From Escherichia phage JLBYU40: a stretch of 64,000 nt of DNA. Below, one piece after another: positions 18,507 to 27,797 of this stretch. The notes under the pieces are model-generated. The model had not been told where the DNA came from. It saw nothing but the letters and a program-made list of their open reading frames with translations, and did not search any database. Within the stretch, counting starts at the first letter, position 1. Each line of letters opens with the position of its first letter. The position numbers and the translations under genes were made by a program. Location: the sequence record NC_105514.1. The stretch is one strand, 5' to 3'.

Positions 18507-18803
18507 ATGACCAAAGCTGAAATTATCGCACAATGTGAAAAATTTGGTGAGTTTTATCTTCATTATGAGAAACTTCGTCAGAAAGGAACCACGTACCTTC
18601 AGGGTACGATGGAATTTGATCCAGCCCAAGATAAATATCTAGCTGAGCGTATTAAACGTGAACGTATTCGTAAAGCGAAAGATGATGAGATCCTTGTCTT
18701 CTCTCGTACTAATGATAGCTTCCGTTTTATTCCTGTCGAGAAAGTCCGTCGTGTGACTAGCCTCCAATCAGAGTTAGATCGTGCTTCTCCAGTAGGCCGA
18801 TAA
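18507..18803 (+). CDS. Hypothetical protein (98 aa)
   Basis: ORF with RBS, followed by a terminator. Confidence 0.45.
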   Translation: MTKAEIIAQCEKFGEFYLHYEKLRQKGTTYLQGTMEFDPAQDKYLAERIKRERIRKAKDDEILVFSRTNDSFRFIPVEKVRRVTSLQSELDRASPVGR

Positions 18804-18813
18804 GAAACCAATT

Positions 18814-18836
18814 AGCCCCTATATGGGGCTTTTTGT
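18814..18836 (+). terminator. Intrinsic terminator
   Basis: AGCCCC-tatat-GGGGCT followed by TTTTTG. Confidence 0.7.
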
Positions 18837-18853
18837 GTATTTGGAATATGTAA

Positions 18854-19162
18854 ATGAGCGAACAGGTAAATCAAAACTATGAAGGACACGTTGATGACCA
18901 GTCCATCATACTTTGGGAGAAGGAGGGAGAACAAGTAAGATTAACAGTATCTGAATTTCGTGGGAATCTATACATGGGTATTCGTTACTGGCTTCTTGAT
19001 ATTAATGATGAATGGTTTCCAACGAAATCTGGCTTCTCTTTTCCTTACACCCTAGAAACAACATCACAGCTTTTCTATGCGTTTACACAGATTCTTAGCG
19101 AATCTGAGGTTTTACATGAAGTACAGAAACGAGCTGAAGAACTCAAAGCCAAGAATGCCTAG
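18854..19162 (+). CDS. Hypothetical protein (102 aa)
   Basis: ORF ending inside the loop of the next terminator. Confidence 0.45.
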   Translation: MSEQVNQNYEGHVDDQSIILWEKEGEQVRLTVSEFRGNLYMGIRYWLLDINDEWFPTKSGFSFPYTLETTSQLFYAFTQILSESEVLHEVQKRAEELKAKNA

Positions 19163-19176
19163 TTCTTGGCTTTTTC
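19148..19176 (+). terminator. Intrinsic terminator
   Basis: GCCAAGAA-tgcctag-TTCTTGGC followed by TTTTTC. Confidence 0.75.
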
Positions 19177-19189
19177 TTTATAAATGTAT

Positions 19190-19218
19190 TTGCTTTCAAC
19201 TCAGTTTTATTATATAAT
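19190..19218 (+). promoter_or_regulatory. Early promoter TTGCTT-N17-TATAAT
   Basis: tatttgctttcaactcagttttattatataat. Confidence 0.7.
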
Positions 19219-19248
19219 ATTTATATAAATTAATGAGAGGGTTGCAAA

Positions 19249-19521
19249 GTGAAAAAGATAAATATAAGCACACTTAAACCTTTCCCATACATCGGACAGC
19301 CTCTTATACTTATGTGGGAGGAGAAGATTAATGGAGAAAAGTATACTAAAATTAGAAGCGGGTATAAGCTGATTTCACTTCATTACGAAAAAGAAGTATT
19401 AACAGCTGAAATATACTCTCCGTTGTCAGATAGGCTAGTAAAAACTACGTATTTGCATCTCTGCAAAAATTTTACATGGCACGGATCCACTAGACAGCTC
19501 ACGTACTATGAGGCAGAATAA
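19249..19521 (+). CDS. Hypothetical protein (90 aa)
   Basis: GTG start after GAGAGGG RBS. Confidence 0.4.
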   Translation: MKKINISTLKPFPYIGQPLILMWEEKINGEKYTKIRSGYKLISLHYEKEVLTAEIYSPLSDRLVKTTYLHLCKNFTWHGSTRQLTYYEAE

Positions 19522-20493
19522 ATGACTAATGTAAAAGAATTTATCAAACGTTGCCAAGAAGCGTATTACCAGGGAATGTCTTTAATTTCTGACGAAGAAT
19601 ATGATCGTCTGATTAAAAGATTTCCGTTAGAAGAAGAGATCGGGCCTAAGGGTGATATTCCACATCTGTACCGTATGTATTCTTTACAGAAAGTTTATTA
19701 TAACCGTGGGGATAAACCACCATTTAATCCTTTAGGTCAGGTAGAAACTGATAAGTTAGATGGTTGTGCAATTTCTCTGCTATATATTAATGGCGAATTT
19801 GTTCAAGCATTAACCCGTGGTAATGGTATTCTGGGGAATGATGTCACAAGCAACGTAAGATTGCTGAACATCCCTAAAAAGATTTCCCAAAAAGTACCTA
19901 CCCAAATCACTGGTGAAGTTCTAATTACAAAGGAAGTAGAAAATAAGCGTAACTTTGCCTCTGGTGCTATTAACCTCAAAGATAGCGATGATTTCGTACA
20001 ACGTATCGGGGAAGGTGGTTTAATCTTCGTTGCATATGGTATCCAGTGTTCCCCTGATTCTGTAGGTATTACAGAATCGTATTTAAAAGATATGCTTTGG
20101 CTAGAGAATGAGAACTTCTTAACAGTTGTTAATGTGCGTTCCTTCTTTAAGTGGATTCCGACGGATGGTAAAGTTGTTCGTATTAATGACAACAACAAAT
20201 TCTTCCGAGAAGGCTGGACTAATAAATTCCCCCGTGGAGCATTTGCTATTAAAGAGGATGAAGAAGGCGAGATTACAACTCTTACTAAAGTTGAGTGGCA
20301 GGTAGGGGCTTCTGGTAAAGTAACTCCAGTTGGTTATTTCGAACCGGTAATTATTGATGATGCTACAATTGTTAAAGCGACTCTTAATAACGTTGATTAT
20401 ATTAACTCTCTCGATCTAGAGATCGGTTGCCAGATTCGAGTGATTCGTGCTGGTGGTGTAATCCCGTGTATAGTAGAGCGAGTATACGATTAA
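19522..20493 (+). CDS. ligA: NAD-dependent DNA ligase, N-terminal (adenylation/OB) fragment
   Basis: Adenylation motif KLDG in ETDKLDGCAISLLY; 323 aa, no Zn-finger/BRCT. Confidence 0.8.
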   Translation: MTNVKEFIKRCQEAYYQGMSLISDEEYDRLIKRFPLEEEIGPKGDIPHLYRMYSLQKVYYNRGDKPPFNPLGQVETDKLDGCAISLLYINGEFVQALTRGNGILGNDVTSNVRLLNIPKKISQKVPTQITGEVLITKEVENKRNFASGAINLKDSDDFVQRIGEGGLIFVAYGIQCSPDSVGITESYLKDMLWLENENFLTVVNVRSFFKWIPTDGKVVRINDNNKFFREGWTNKFPRGAFAIKEDEEGEITTLTKVEWQVGASGKVTPVGYFEPVIIDDATIVKATLNNVDYINSLDLEIGCQIRVIRAGGVIPCIVERVYD

Positions 20494-20543
20494 TACATAA
20501 CCCTTTGCTACCCATCTACCATATCGGAATTATAAAGTGGTTA

Positions 20544-20572
20544 TTGACATTTTCGCCGCTTAGGTATATACT
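20544..20572 (+). promoter_or_regulatory. Sigma70 promoter TTGACA-N17-TATACT inside the ligase spacer
   Basis: -35 at 20544-20549 and -10 at 20567-20572. Confidence 0.6.
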
Positions 20573-20636
20573 ATTATCATTCAGTTGAGGGATAGAAAGT
20601 TATGGCGAGGGTAAGCAAAGTTAGTTAAAATTGTAA

Positions 20637-20665
20637 TTGCTAAATGCTTAAATACTTGCTATAAT
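20637..20665 (+). promoter_or_regulatory. Sigma70 promoter TTGCTA-N17-TATAAT for the ligB fragment
   Basis: -35 at 20637-20642 and -10 at 20660-20665, followed by the ATAAATTGATAAGGAAG leader. Confidence 0.6.
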
Positions 20666-20695
20666 ATTTATATAAATTGATAAGGAAGAAATTTG

Positions 20696-21475
20696 ATGAA
20701 AATCGAAATTCCAACACAATGTCCCTCTTGTGGTTCTAAGCTAGATCTTGTCAACGGACAATTATTCTGTCGTAATAAGTCCAACTGTCCAGCGCAATCA
20801 AGTAAGTTAATTGAGAACTTCTGTACAAAAATGAAGTTAAAGGGCTTTGGCCCGAAAACTATTGAGAAGCTGGAGCTGACGAAGATTTCAGAACTATTTT
20901 ACCTAGCCGAAGAAGCTTTGGTTAGAGCCGTGGGTAGCAAGGTTGCCGCTAAGTTAATTAGCGAATTAAATACTAAAGTTCGCGGAGACATTGACTTTGG
21001 TTCAGTTCTCGGTTCTTTAGGAATCCCTCTAATTGGAGAGGTTGCAGCAAAGAAATTATCCCAAAATTGCACCAGTTTTCACGATGTGAAGGCTGATGGC
21101 AAAGCTGGAGAAAACTATAAAGCCTGGCTAAATTCCCCACAAGGCAAGGATGTTATCGAATTACCGTGGAAATTCACAACTGGTATTAAAGGTGCTAAAA
21201 CTGAGGTCATCATCACTGATGGTCTAGTAGCCCAACCAAATGGAATCACGGTGTGTATTACCGGATCTTTGCAAGATTTTGCAAATCGAACGGATGCAAC
21301 AAACTATTTAGAAGGTCTAGGATATACGGTTAAGAAATCCGTTACCAAAGATGTCAAATACCTAATCTGTGAGGATGAATCAAAACGTTCTTCCTCATCT
21401 TATAAGAAAGCCGAAACGAATGGGATAGAAATCCTGTCGATTAAAGAACTATTGGAGAAAAATAATAATGTCTAA
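20696..21475 (+). CDS. ligB: NAD-dependent DNA ligase, C-terminal (Zn-finger/HhH/BRCT) fragment
   Basis: Four-Cys Zn finger CPSCGSKLDLVNGQLFCRNKSNCP and C-terminal BRCT-like GITVCITGSL; ATG 20696. Confidence 0.8.
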   Translation: MKIEIPTQCPSCGSKLDLVNGQLFCRNKSNCPAQSSKLIENFCTKMKLKGFGPKTIEKLELTKISELFYLAEEALVRAVGSKVAAKLISELNTKVRGDIDFGSVLGSLGIPLIGEVAAKKLSQNCTSFHDVKADGKAGENYKAWLNSPQGKDVIELPWKFTTGIKGAKTEVIITDGLVAQPNGITVCITGSLQDFANRTDATNYLEGLGYTVKKSVTKDVKYLICEDESKRSSSSYKKAETNGIEILSIKELLEKNNNV

Positions 21476-22235
21476 ACTGAACTGGAACGTAGAAGGTGTA
21501 ACCGAGTCTCTGAAAGCAAAAGCCACTGCTCTGGGTGTTGCTGTAATCTCTCAAGAACAAGTAGCTGCTATTGCTGCTGAACTGGCTGCTGAAACTGGCA
21601 AAGATGTTACTGCTCGCTCTGTTGGCTCTAAACTGCGTAAAGAAGGTTTCGAAGTACAGAAAGCTAACGAAGTACAGAAATCTCCGTGGACTCCTGAGCA
21701 GGAAGCTGAACTGGTTGATTTCCTGAACGCTCATGCTGGTCAGTATACTTATGCTGAAATCGCTGCTGCTGTAGCTGGTGGTCAATTTGGTGCTAAGCAG
21801 GTACAGGGTAAGATTCTGAGTCTGGAAATGACCGCTTCTGTTAAACCAACCGAAAAAGCTGCTGCTGTTCGTTCCTTCACTCCGGATGAAGAAACTGATT
21901 TTGTTAATCAGGTTGTTGCTGGTGCTACTATTGAAGCTATCGCTGCTCACTTCGGTCGTAATATCAAGCAGATCCGCGGTAAAGCTCTGAGCCTGCTTCG
22001 TGAAGGTCGTATCGCCGCTATGCCGGTACAGGAAACCTCAAGTGCTAAAACTCGTGAAGATCTGTTAGAAGGTCTGGATCTGGTTAACATGACTGTTGCT
22101 GAGATCGCTGAGAAAACTGGTAAATCTGAGCGCGGTGTTAAATCTATGCTGTCTCGTCGTGGTCTGGTTGCTAAGGACTATGATGGTGCCGCTAAGCGTG
22201 CTAAACTGGATGCAAAAGCTGCGGCTGCTGAATAA
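21468..22235 (+). CDS. Putative abundant DNA-binding protein with four HTH-like repeats
   Basis: Repeats of about 35 aa (e.g. VAAIAAELAAETGKDVTARSVGSKLRKEG, VAEIAEKTGKSERGVKSMLSRRGL); strongly host-optimal codon usage. Confidence 0.5.
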   Translation: MSKLNWNVEGVTESLKAKATALGVAVISQEQVAAIAAELAAETGKDVTARSVGSKLRKEGFEVQKANEVQKSPWTPEQEAELVDFLNAHAGQYTYAEIAAAVAGGQFGAKQVQGKILSLEMTASVKPTEKAAAVRSFTPDEETDFVNQVVAGATIEAIAAHFGRNIKQIRGKALSLLREGRIAAMPVQETSSAKTREDLLEGLDLVNMTVAEIAEKTGKSERGVKSMLSRRGLVAKDYDGAAKRAKLDAKAAAAE

Positions 22236-22252
22236 TCTGGTAAATTAAACCT

Positions 22253-22286
22253 AAGGGGAGGGGGCTATGCTCCTTCCCCTTTTTGC
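22253..22286 (+). terminator. Intrinsic terminator
   Basis: AAGGGGA...TCCCCTT followed by TTTTTG. Confidence 0.6.
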
Positions 22287-22317
22287 ATTTAGAAGGCACG
22301 AAAGCGTGCAAAGGAGA

Positions 22318-23790
22318 ATGACCTTGTTTAACGTGCAAGCTGTAGTGTTGAAGATGCTTCTAGCTTCCGAACAGAAGCAAATAGCATTGGAAACATTCTC
22401 AAAACTGCATAAAGATCATTTTAATGACGCTTTCTCCTCAATTTACCAAGCCGTCCAGAATTATTATAAAAAATATAACACAATGCCGTCCATTGATGCA
22501 CTGATGCTTGAGGCTAATAGGAACGCCCGCCTTTCTCAAGCTCTAGTCGTTTTAGCTAACACTCAAATTCCAGAAGTTAGCATGGAACAGGCACTTGAAG
22601 TCCTAGAGGCCGAGTATACACAGGATTTATTCCTGAAGCTTCTAGAAACAGACGTGCTTCAAGATTTAACAATGCTGGATCAGGGAGAAATTCTTAACCG
22701 AGTTGCCTCCCTTCACTTAAAATTAGAAGAGAAAGTAACGAATACTGGAAAAGTATTCAACGCAGATAACATGCGTATTTTCCAGAGAGAAGAAGATACC
22801 AAACTGAACTTAATCGCTCTTGGTATTTGTAATGAGTTCGACGCTCAAATTGGTTTAGCTCGCACAGAAACGTTACTGCTTGGTGGTTGGCGTGGTACTG
22901 GTAAATCCATTATCTGTTCAAACATACAGGTTCAGCAATATTTGAATGGGGATATTGCTCCATACTTCTCAATTGAGATGAAAGAACATGAAGTATTTAG
23001 ACGTAATCTAGCCATGTTAGCCGGTGTATCAGCACTAGCAATGCGTAATAATACTCTAGAAGGTGCAGCTCTGTTGAGATTAGCCAGAACTAGAGCTAGG
23101 ATGTTTAATGGTGGTGAAGAGCTTTTCGATAACTTCGTTAAACAGTACACAATGGCTAAGATGAGTGATTTCTACGATATGGAAAGTAAGCTAATAGAAG
23201 GATATGAGCTACATACTCCTATGATTATTGTTTATGATCCTGAGCTGTCTATTACAACAGTTGACGTAGAATTAAATAAATTAGTTGCTAGATATGGGGA
23301 TAAAGTTACAGTAGCTTTACTGGACTATATTAACCAAACCCGACTTCCAGACTCTAAAACCATTGATATGTATGACTGGAAAGAACAGATGGTTGTTAGC
23401 TCGTCTTTCAAATCTATCTGCCAGAAACATAACGTGGCTGGTGTAGCCCCTTACCAGATTGATCAAGATGGTAGAACACGTATGTCAAAGGGGATTCTTG
23501 ATTCCGCAGACATGGCTGCTAATCTTAATGCTGCAAAAGCTGATAATGGTCAAGGTGCTATTATGTTTGACTTCGTTAAGACTCGTTCTTCTGATAGCGT
23601 GAAGTTTATGCCTAAAATGAACTGGGAAACCCTACGGATGGATAACACTACCAACCTAGCAATGGAAGATATATCTCAAATGGAAGCTGAGTTCGTTATC
23701 CCTATTGAGAAGGATAAGCCGGCTCAATCTAAACGTGCTAAGAAAGACAAAGCTGAAAATTCAACGGGTGAACAGGCCAGCGATATATGA
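22318..23790 (+). CDS. DnaB-like replicative helicase (RecA-fold ATPase)
   Basis: Walker A GGWRGTGKS, Walker B-like ALLDYI; start at ATG 22318 after AAAGGAGA RBS. Confidence 0.6.
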   Translation: MTLFNVQAVVLKMLLASEQKQIALETFSKLHKDHFNDAFSSIYQAVQNYYKKYNTMPSIDALMLEANRNARLSQALVVLANTQIPEVSMEQALEVLEAEYTQDLFLKLLETDVLQDLTMLDQGEILNRVASLHLKLEEKVTNTGKVFNADNMRIFQREEDTKLNLIALGICNEFDAQIGLARTETLLLGGWRGTGKSIICSNIQVQQYLNGDIAPYFSIEMKEHEVFRRNLAMLAGVSALAMRNNTLEGAALLRLARTRARMFNGGEELFDNFVKQYTMAKMSDFYDMESKLIEGYELHTPMIIVYDPELSITTVDVELNKLVARYGDKVTVALLDYINQTRLPDSKTIDMYDWKEQMVVSSSFKSICQKHNVAGVAPYQIDQDGRTRMSKGILDSADMAANLNAAKADNGQGAIMFDFVKTRSSDSVKFMPKMNWETLRMDNTTNLAMEDISQMEAEFVIPIEKDKPAQSKRAKKDKAENSTGEQASDI

Positions 23791-24677
23791 GTAGAATAAC
23801 AGAACTACTTGATCTGAAAGGCATTGAATATAAAGACACAGGTGGGGACATCCTCATCTGTTGTCTCAATCCAGATCATGACGATAAACACCCAAGTTTG
23901 CGTATTGACCCTGAAACAGGTATTATGCACTGCTTGAGTTGTGGCTTCGGTAAAGGTATACCGAGCATTTACCACTATTTTAATGAGACTCAGTACCGAC
24001 AGTCCCCAAGGCTATCGCAAGTACGTAAAAAGATTTCAGAGATTAGGAATGGATCAACGAATCTTGCAATTCCTGAATCTGCTTGCCTTTTCGAAGGTGA
24101 TTTCCGAGGTATAAGTTCTAAGACCTTGAAGAAATATTTTGCTTTCCAACACCAAGCAGACTGGGAAGGCAGAATTGTATTCCCAATCACAGATGCTGTT
24201 GGACGCAATATCCTATTTTTGGGTCGTTCTATAAACAGTTCTGCCCCTCCTAAATACTTAGTAAAACCAAAACAAGTTTCACCGCCAATTTTTCCTGTAC
24301 GATATAATACTCCAGTCCTTATTCTAGTTGAAGGCATCTTTGATATGCTGAACCTAGAGGATAATGGTATAGACTATGCTTCTTGCTGCTTTGGTACACA
24401 TCAGTTTACTTCGGATAACATTGCAGATAAGTTCAGTCCTTATATTATTGCCGGTGTAAAAGTTGTTGTTATCTTACTAGATAATGATGCTTCTGGTAAT
24501 AAAGCTGCACAAGCATTGGCCAAGCTAATTCGTACAAAAACGCGTTTAACACCTATAGTTGCTAACTTTCTTCTGCCTGAAGGTAAAGACCCTGGTGACT
24601 TAAATAAAGAAGAGATTGATATGTTAGCAAAACGTATTGAAATTTTAGTTGCTGAATCGCTTAAAGATTTGGTATAA
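23787..24677 (+). CDS. DnaG-like DNA primase
   Basis: Zn-binding CCLNPDHDDKHP...HCLSCG and TOPRIM residues in LVEGIFDM and LLDNDASGNKAA. Confidence 0.75.
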   Translation: MSRITELLDLKGIEYKDTGGDILICCLNPDHDDKHPSLRIDPETGIMHCLSCGFGKGIPSIYHYFNETQYRQSPRLSQVRKKISEIRNGSTNLAIPESACLFEGDFRGISSKTLKKYFAFQHQADWEGRIVFPITDAVGRNILFLGRSINSSAPPKYLVKPKQVSPPIFPVRYNTPVLILVEGIFDMLNLEDNGIDYASCCFGTHQFTSDNIADKFSPYIIAGVKVVVILLDNDASGNKAAQALAKLIRTKTRLTPIVANFLLPEGKDPGDLNKEEIDMLAKRIEILVAESLKDLV

Positions 24678-24739
24678 TATATTGGTAAGTTAGAGAAGAA
24701 ACACTGAAGTTATACTTGCTTACCAAGAGGAGATTAAAT

Positions 24740-27307
24740 TTGAAAATCGCAGTAGTTGATAAAGCTCTAAATAACACTCGTTATGATAAACATTTCCAGT
24801 TATACGGCGAGGAAGTTGATGTATTCCATATGTGTAACGAGAAGTTGTCCGGTCGTTTGCTCAAAAAGCATATTACTATCGGGACTCCGGAAAACCCATT
24901 TGACCCGAATGATTATGATTTTGTTATACTAGTAGGTGCTGAACCTTTCCTGTACTTCGCAGGTAAGAAAGGCATTGGTGACTATACTGGTAAACGTGTA
25001 GAGTATAATGGATATGCTAACTGGATTGCGAGTATCAGCCCAGCCCAGTTACACTTTAAGCCTGAAATGAAACCAGTTTTTGATGCAACAGTAGAGAATA
25101 TCCACGATATTATCAATGGTCGTGAGAAGATTGCAAAAGCTGGTGATTACCGTCCTATTACTGACCCTGACGAGGCGGAAGAATATATCAAGATGGTGTA
25201 TAGTATGGTTATCGGACCTGTCGCATTCGACTCCGAAACCTCAGCATTATACTGTCGAGATGGTTATCTGCTTGGTGTTTCTATATCTCACCAAGAGTAT
25301 CAGGGTGTGTATATTGATTCTGATTGTCTCACAGAGGTTGCAGTATATTATCTCCAGAAAATTCTGGATAGTGAAAACCACACTATTGTTTTTCACAACT
25401 TGAAGTTTGATATGCACTTTTATAAGTACCATCTGGGACTTACATTTGATAAAGCACATAAAGAACGCAGGCTCCATGATACCATGTTGCAGCATTATGT
25501 TCTAGATGAGCGTCGTGGTACTCATGGCTTGAAATCTCTAGCAATGAAGTACACCGATATGGGTGACTATGACTTTGAACTAGATAAGTTCAAGGATGAT
25601 TACTGCAAAGCACATAAAATCAAGAAAGAAGATTTCACCTATGATTTAATTCCGTTTGATATTATGTGGCCTTACGCTGCAAAAGATACCGATGCTACCA
25701 TACGTTTACACAACTTCTTCTTACCAAAAATTGAGAAGAATGAAAAACTTTGCAGTCTGTATTATGATGTCCTAATGCCTGGTTGTGTATTTCTCCAGCG
25801 TGTTGAGGATCGTGGTGTACCAATTTCTATTGATCGCTTGAAAGAAGCACAGTACCAGTTAACTCATAATCTGAATAAAGCTCGTGAGAAGCTGTATACT
25901 TATCCAGAAGTAGTTCAGCTAGAGAAAGATCAGAATGAAGCATTTAATCCTAACTCTGTTAAGCAGCTACGTGTTCTTCTATTTGATTATGTTGGCTTAA
26001 CTCCAACAGGTAAATTGACGGATACTGGAGCAGACTCTACAGATGCAGAAGCTCTGAATGAACTGGCTACGCAGCATCCAATTGCTAAAACTCTGCTAGA
26101 GATTCGTAAGCTGACTAAGCTGATCTCTACTTACGTTGAGAAAATTCTTCTGAGCATTGATGCTGATGGTTGCATTCGTACTGGCTTCCACGAACACATG
26201 ACTACTTCTGGTCGTCTGAGTTCTTCTGGTAAGCTGAACCTGCAACAGTTACCTCGTGATGAATCTATTATCAAGGGTTGTGTAGTAGCTCCTCCTGGGT
26301 ATCGTGTAATCGCATGGGACTTAACAACTGCGGAAGTTTATTATGCTGCTGTTCTATCTGGTGATAGAAATATGCAACAGGTATTTATCAACATGAGAAA
26401 TGAACCTGATAAATACCCTGACTTCCACTCTAACATCGCACACATGGTATTTAAGCTCCAATGCGAACCTCGTGATGTTAAAAAGTTATTCCCAGCTCTG
26501 CGTCAAGCAGCTAAAGCAATTACCTTTGGTATTTTGTATGGTTCTGGCCCAGCTAAAGTAGCTCATTCTGTTAACGAAGCTCTTCTGGAGCAGGCTACTA
26601 AGACAGGCGAACCGTTTGTAGAGTGTACTGTTGCAGATGCTAAAGAGTACATTGAAACTTACTTCGGTCAGTTCCCGCAGCTTAAGCGTTGGATTGATAA
26701 GTGCCACGATCAGATCAAGAATCATGGATTTATCTATAGTCACTTTGGTCGTAAACGTCGTCTGCATAATATCCACTCCGAAGACCGTGGTGTTCAGGGT
26801 GAAGAAATCCGTTCTGGATTTAACGCAATCATTCAGTCTGCTTCTTCTGATAGCCTCCTTTTAGGTGCGGTAGATGCAGATAATGAGATCATTTCTCTTG
26901 GCCTAGAACAAGAGATGAAGATTGTTATGCTAGTTCACGACTCCGTAGTTGCTATTGTTCGTGAAGACTTGATTGATCAATACAATGAAATCCTGATTCG
27001 TAATATTCAGAAAGACCGTGGTATCAGTATTCCTGGCTGTCCGATTGGTATTGATTCAGATTCTGAAGCTGGAGGTTCTCGTGACTATTCTTGTGGTAAG
27101 ATGAAGAAACAGCACCCATCAATCGCTTGTATTGATGATGATGAATATACTCGTTATGTCAAGGGTGTATTACTTGATGCAGAGTTCGAGTATAAGAAAC
27201 TAGCTGCAATGGATAAAGAGCATCCAGATCATAGCAAATACAAGGATGATAAGTTTATTGCTGTATGTAAAGATCTGGATAACGTGAAAAGGATTCTCGG
27301 TGCTTAA
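24740..27307 (+). CDS. DNA polymerase, family A (T5-type)
   Basis: 855 aa from TTG 24740 (MKIAVVDK) after AAGAGGAG RBS; 3'-5' exo FDSET and polymerase motifs. From memory it is near-identical to the T5 DNA polymerase. Confidence 0.9.
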   Translation: MKIAVVDKALNNTRYDKHFQLYGEEVDVFHMCNEKLSGRLLKKHITIGTPENPFDPNDYDFVILVGAEPFLYFAGKKGIGDYTGKRVEYNGYANWIASISPAQLHFKPEMKPVFDATVENIHDIINGREKIAKAGDYRPITDPDEAEEYIKMVYSMVIGPVAFDSETSALYCRDGYLLGVSISHQEYQGVYIDSDCLTEVAVYYLQKILDSENHTIVFHNLKFDMHFYKYHLGLTFDKAHKERRLHDTMLQHYVLDERRGTHGLKSLAMKYTDMGDYDFELDKFKDDYCKAHKIKKEDFTYDLIPFDIMWPYAAKDTDATIRLHNFFLPKIEKNEKLCSLYYDVLMPGCVFLQRVEDRGVPISIDRLKEAQYQLTHNLNKAREKLYTYPEVVQLEKDQNEAFNPNSVKQLRVLLFDYVGLTPTGKLTDTGADSTDAEALNELATQHPIAKTLLEIRKLTKLISTYVEKILLSIDADGCIRTGFHEHMTTSGRLSSSGKLNLQQLPRDESIIKGCVVAPPGYRVIAWDLTTAEVYYAAVLSGDRNMQQVFINMRNEPDKYPDFHSNIAHMVFKLQCEPRDVKKLFPALRQAAKAITFGILYGSGPAKVAHSVNEALLEQATKTGEPFVECTVADAKEYIETYFGQFPQLKRWIDKCHDQIKNHGFIYSHFGRKRRLHNIHSEDRGVQGEEIRSGFNAIIQSASSDSLLLGAVDADNEIISLGLEQEMKIVMLVHDSVVAIVREDLIDQYNEILIRNIQKDRGISIPGCPIGIDSDSEAGGSRDYSCGKMKKQHPSIACIDDDEYTRYVKGVLLDAEFEYKKLAAMDKEHPDHSKYKDDKFIAVCKDLDNVKRILGA

Positions 27308-27797
27308 TTTCAAATTGCCCGTCTATGCATTACGGGCGTTTGTATCAATTGAGCAAGAAGGTGATTATTCCGTAATTACAACAAGATATAATAAATATGT
27401 GCTAGATAACAGGAAGTTGTCTGGCACGTTTTCTCAACGTAGGCTTATTCTATTTGAGAAACGGAAAGAATTACCATACAAGCTCTATCCTATTAGGGGT
27501 AGAATATCAATGTTGTCTCAATTAGTTGGGTCAAAGCGTAACCAATTTATAGATTCTGATGGAAATCTTATTAATTGGAAGAAAACTACGTTCTATGATG
27601 TTGTCACCTCTAAAGTTTTGCATTCAGCTAGAATTTATAATGGAAAATACCAATGCTATGTGGCTAAAGTTCCTTATCCATTTGTATTATCCTATGTTCC
27701 AGCTTATATAAGCTATATTCTGGTAAATAATAGCCCTGTTATTTATCAAGTCCATCAAGAGGAGCCTGAAATTCCTAGACTTAGAATAAAATTATGA
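27300..27797 (+). CDS. Hypothetical protein; AT-rich with atypical codon usage
   Basis: ORF between polymerase and helicase; start uncertain (GTG 27300 or ATG 27510). Confidence 0.4.
   Translation: MLNFKLPVYALRAFVSIEQEGDYSVITTRYNKYVLDNRKLSGTFSQRRLILFEKRKELPYKLYPIRGRISMLSQLVGSKRNQFIDSDGNLINWKKTTFYDVVTSKVLHSARIYNGKYQCYVAKVPYPFVLSYVPAYISYILVNNSPVIYQVHQEEPEIPRLRIKL

Noticed and set aside
21441-21950. 169-aa minus-strand ORF
   Set aside because: Antisense to the codon-optimised repeat-protein gene; Ser/Phe-rich junk translation.
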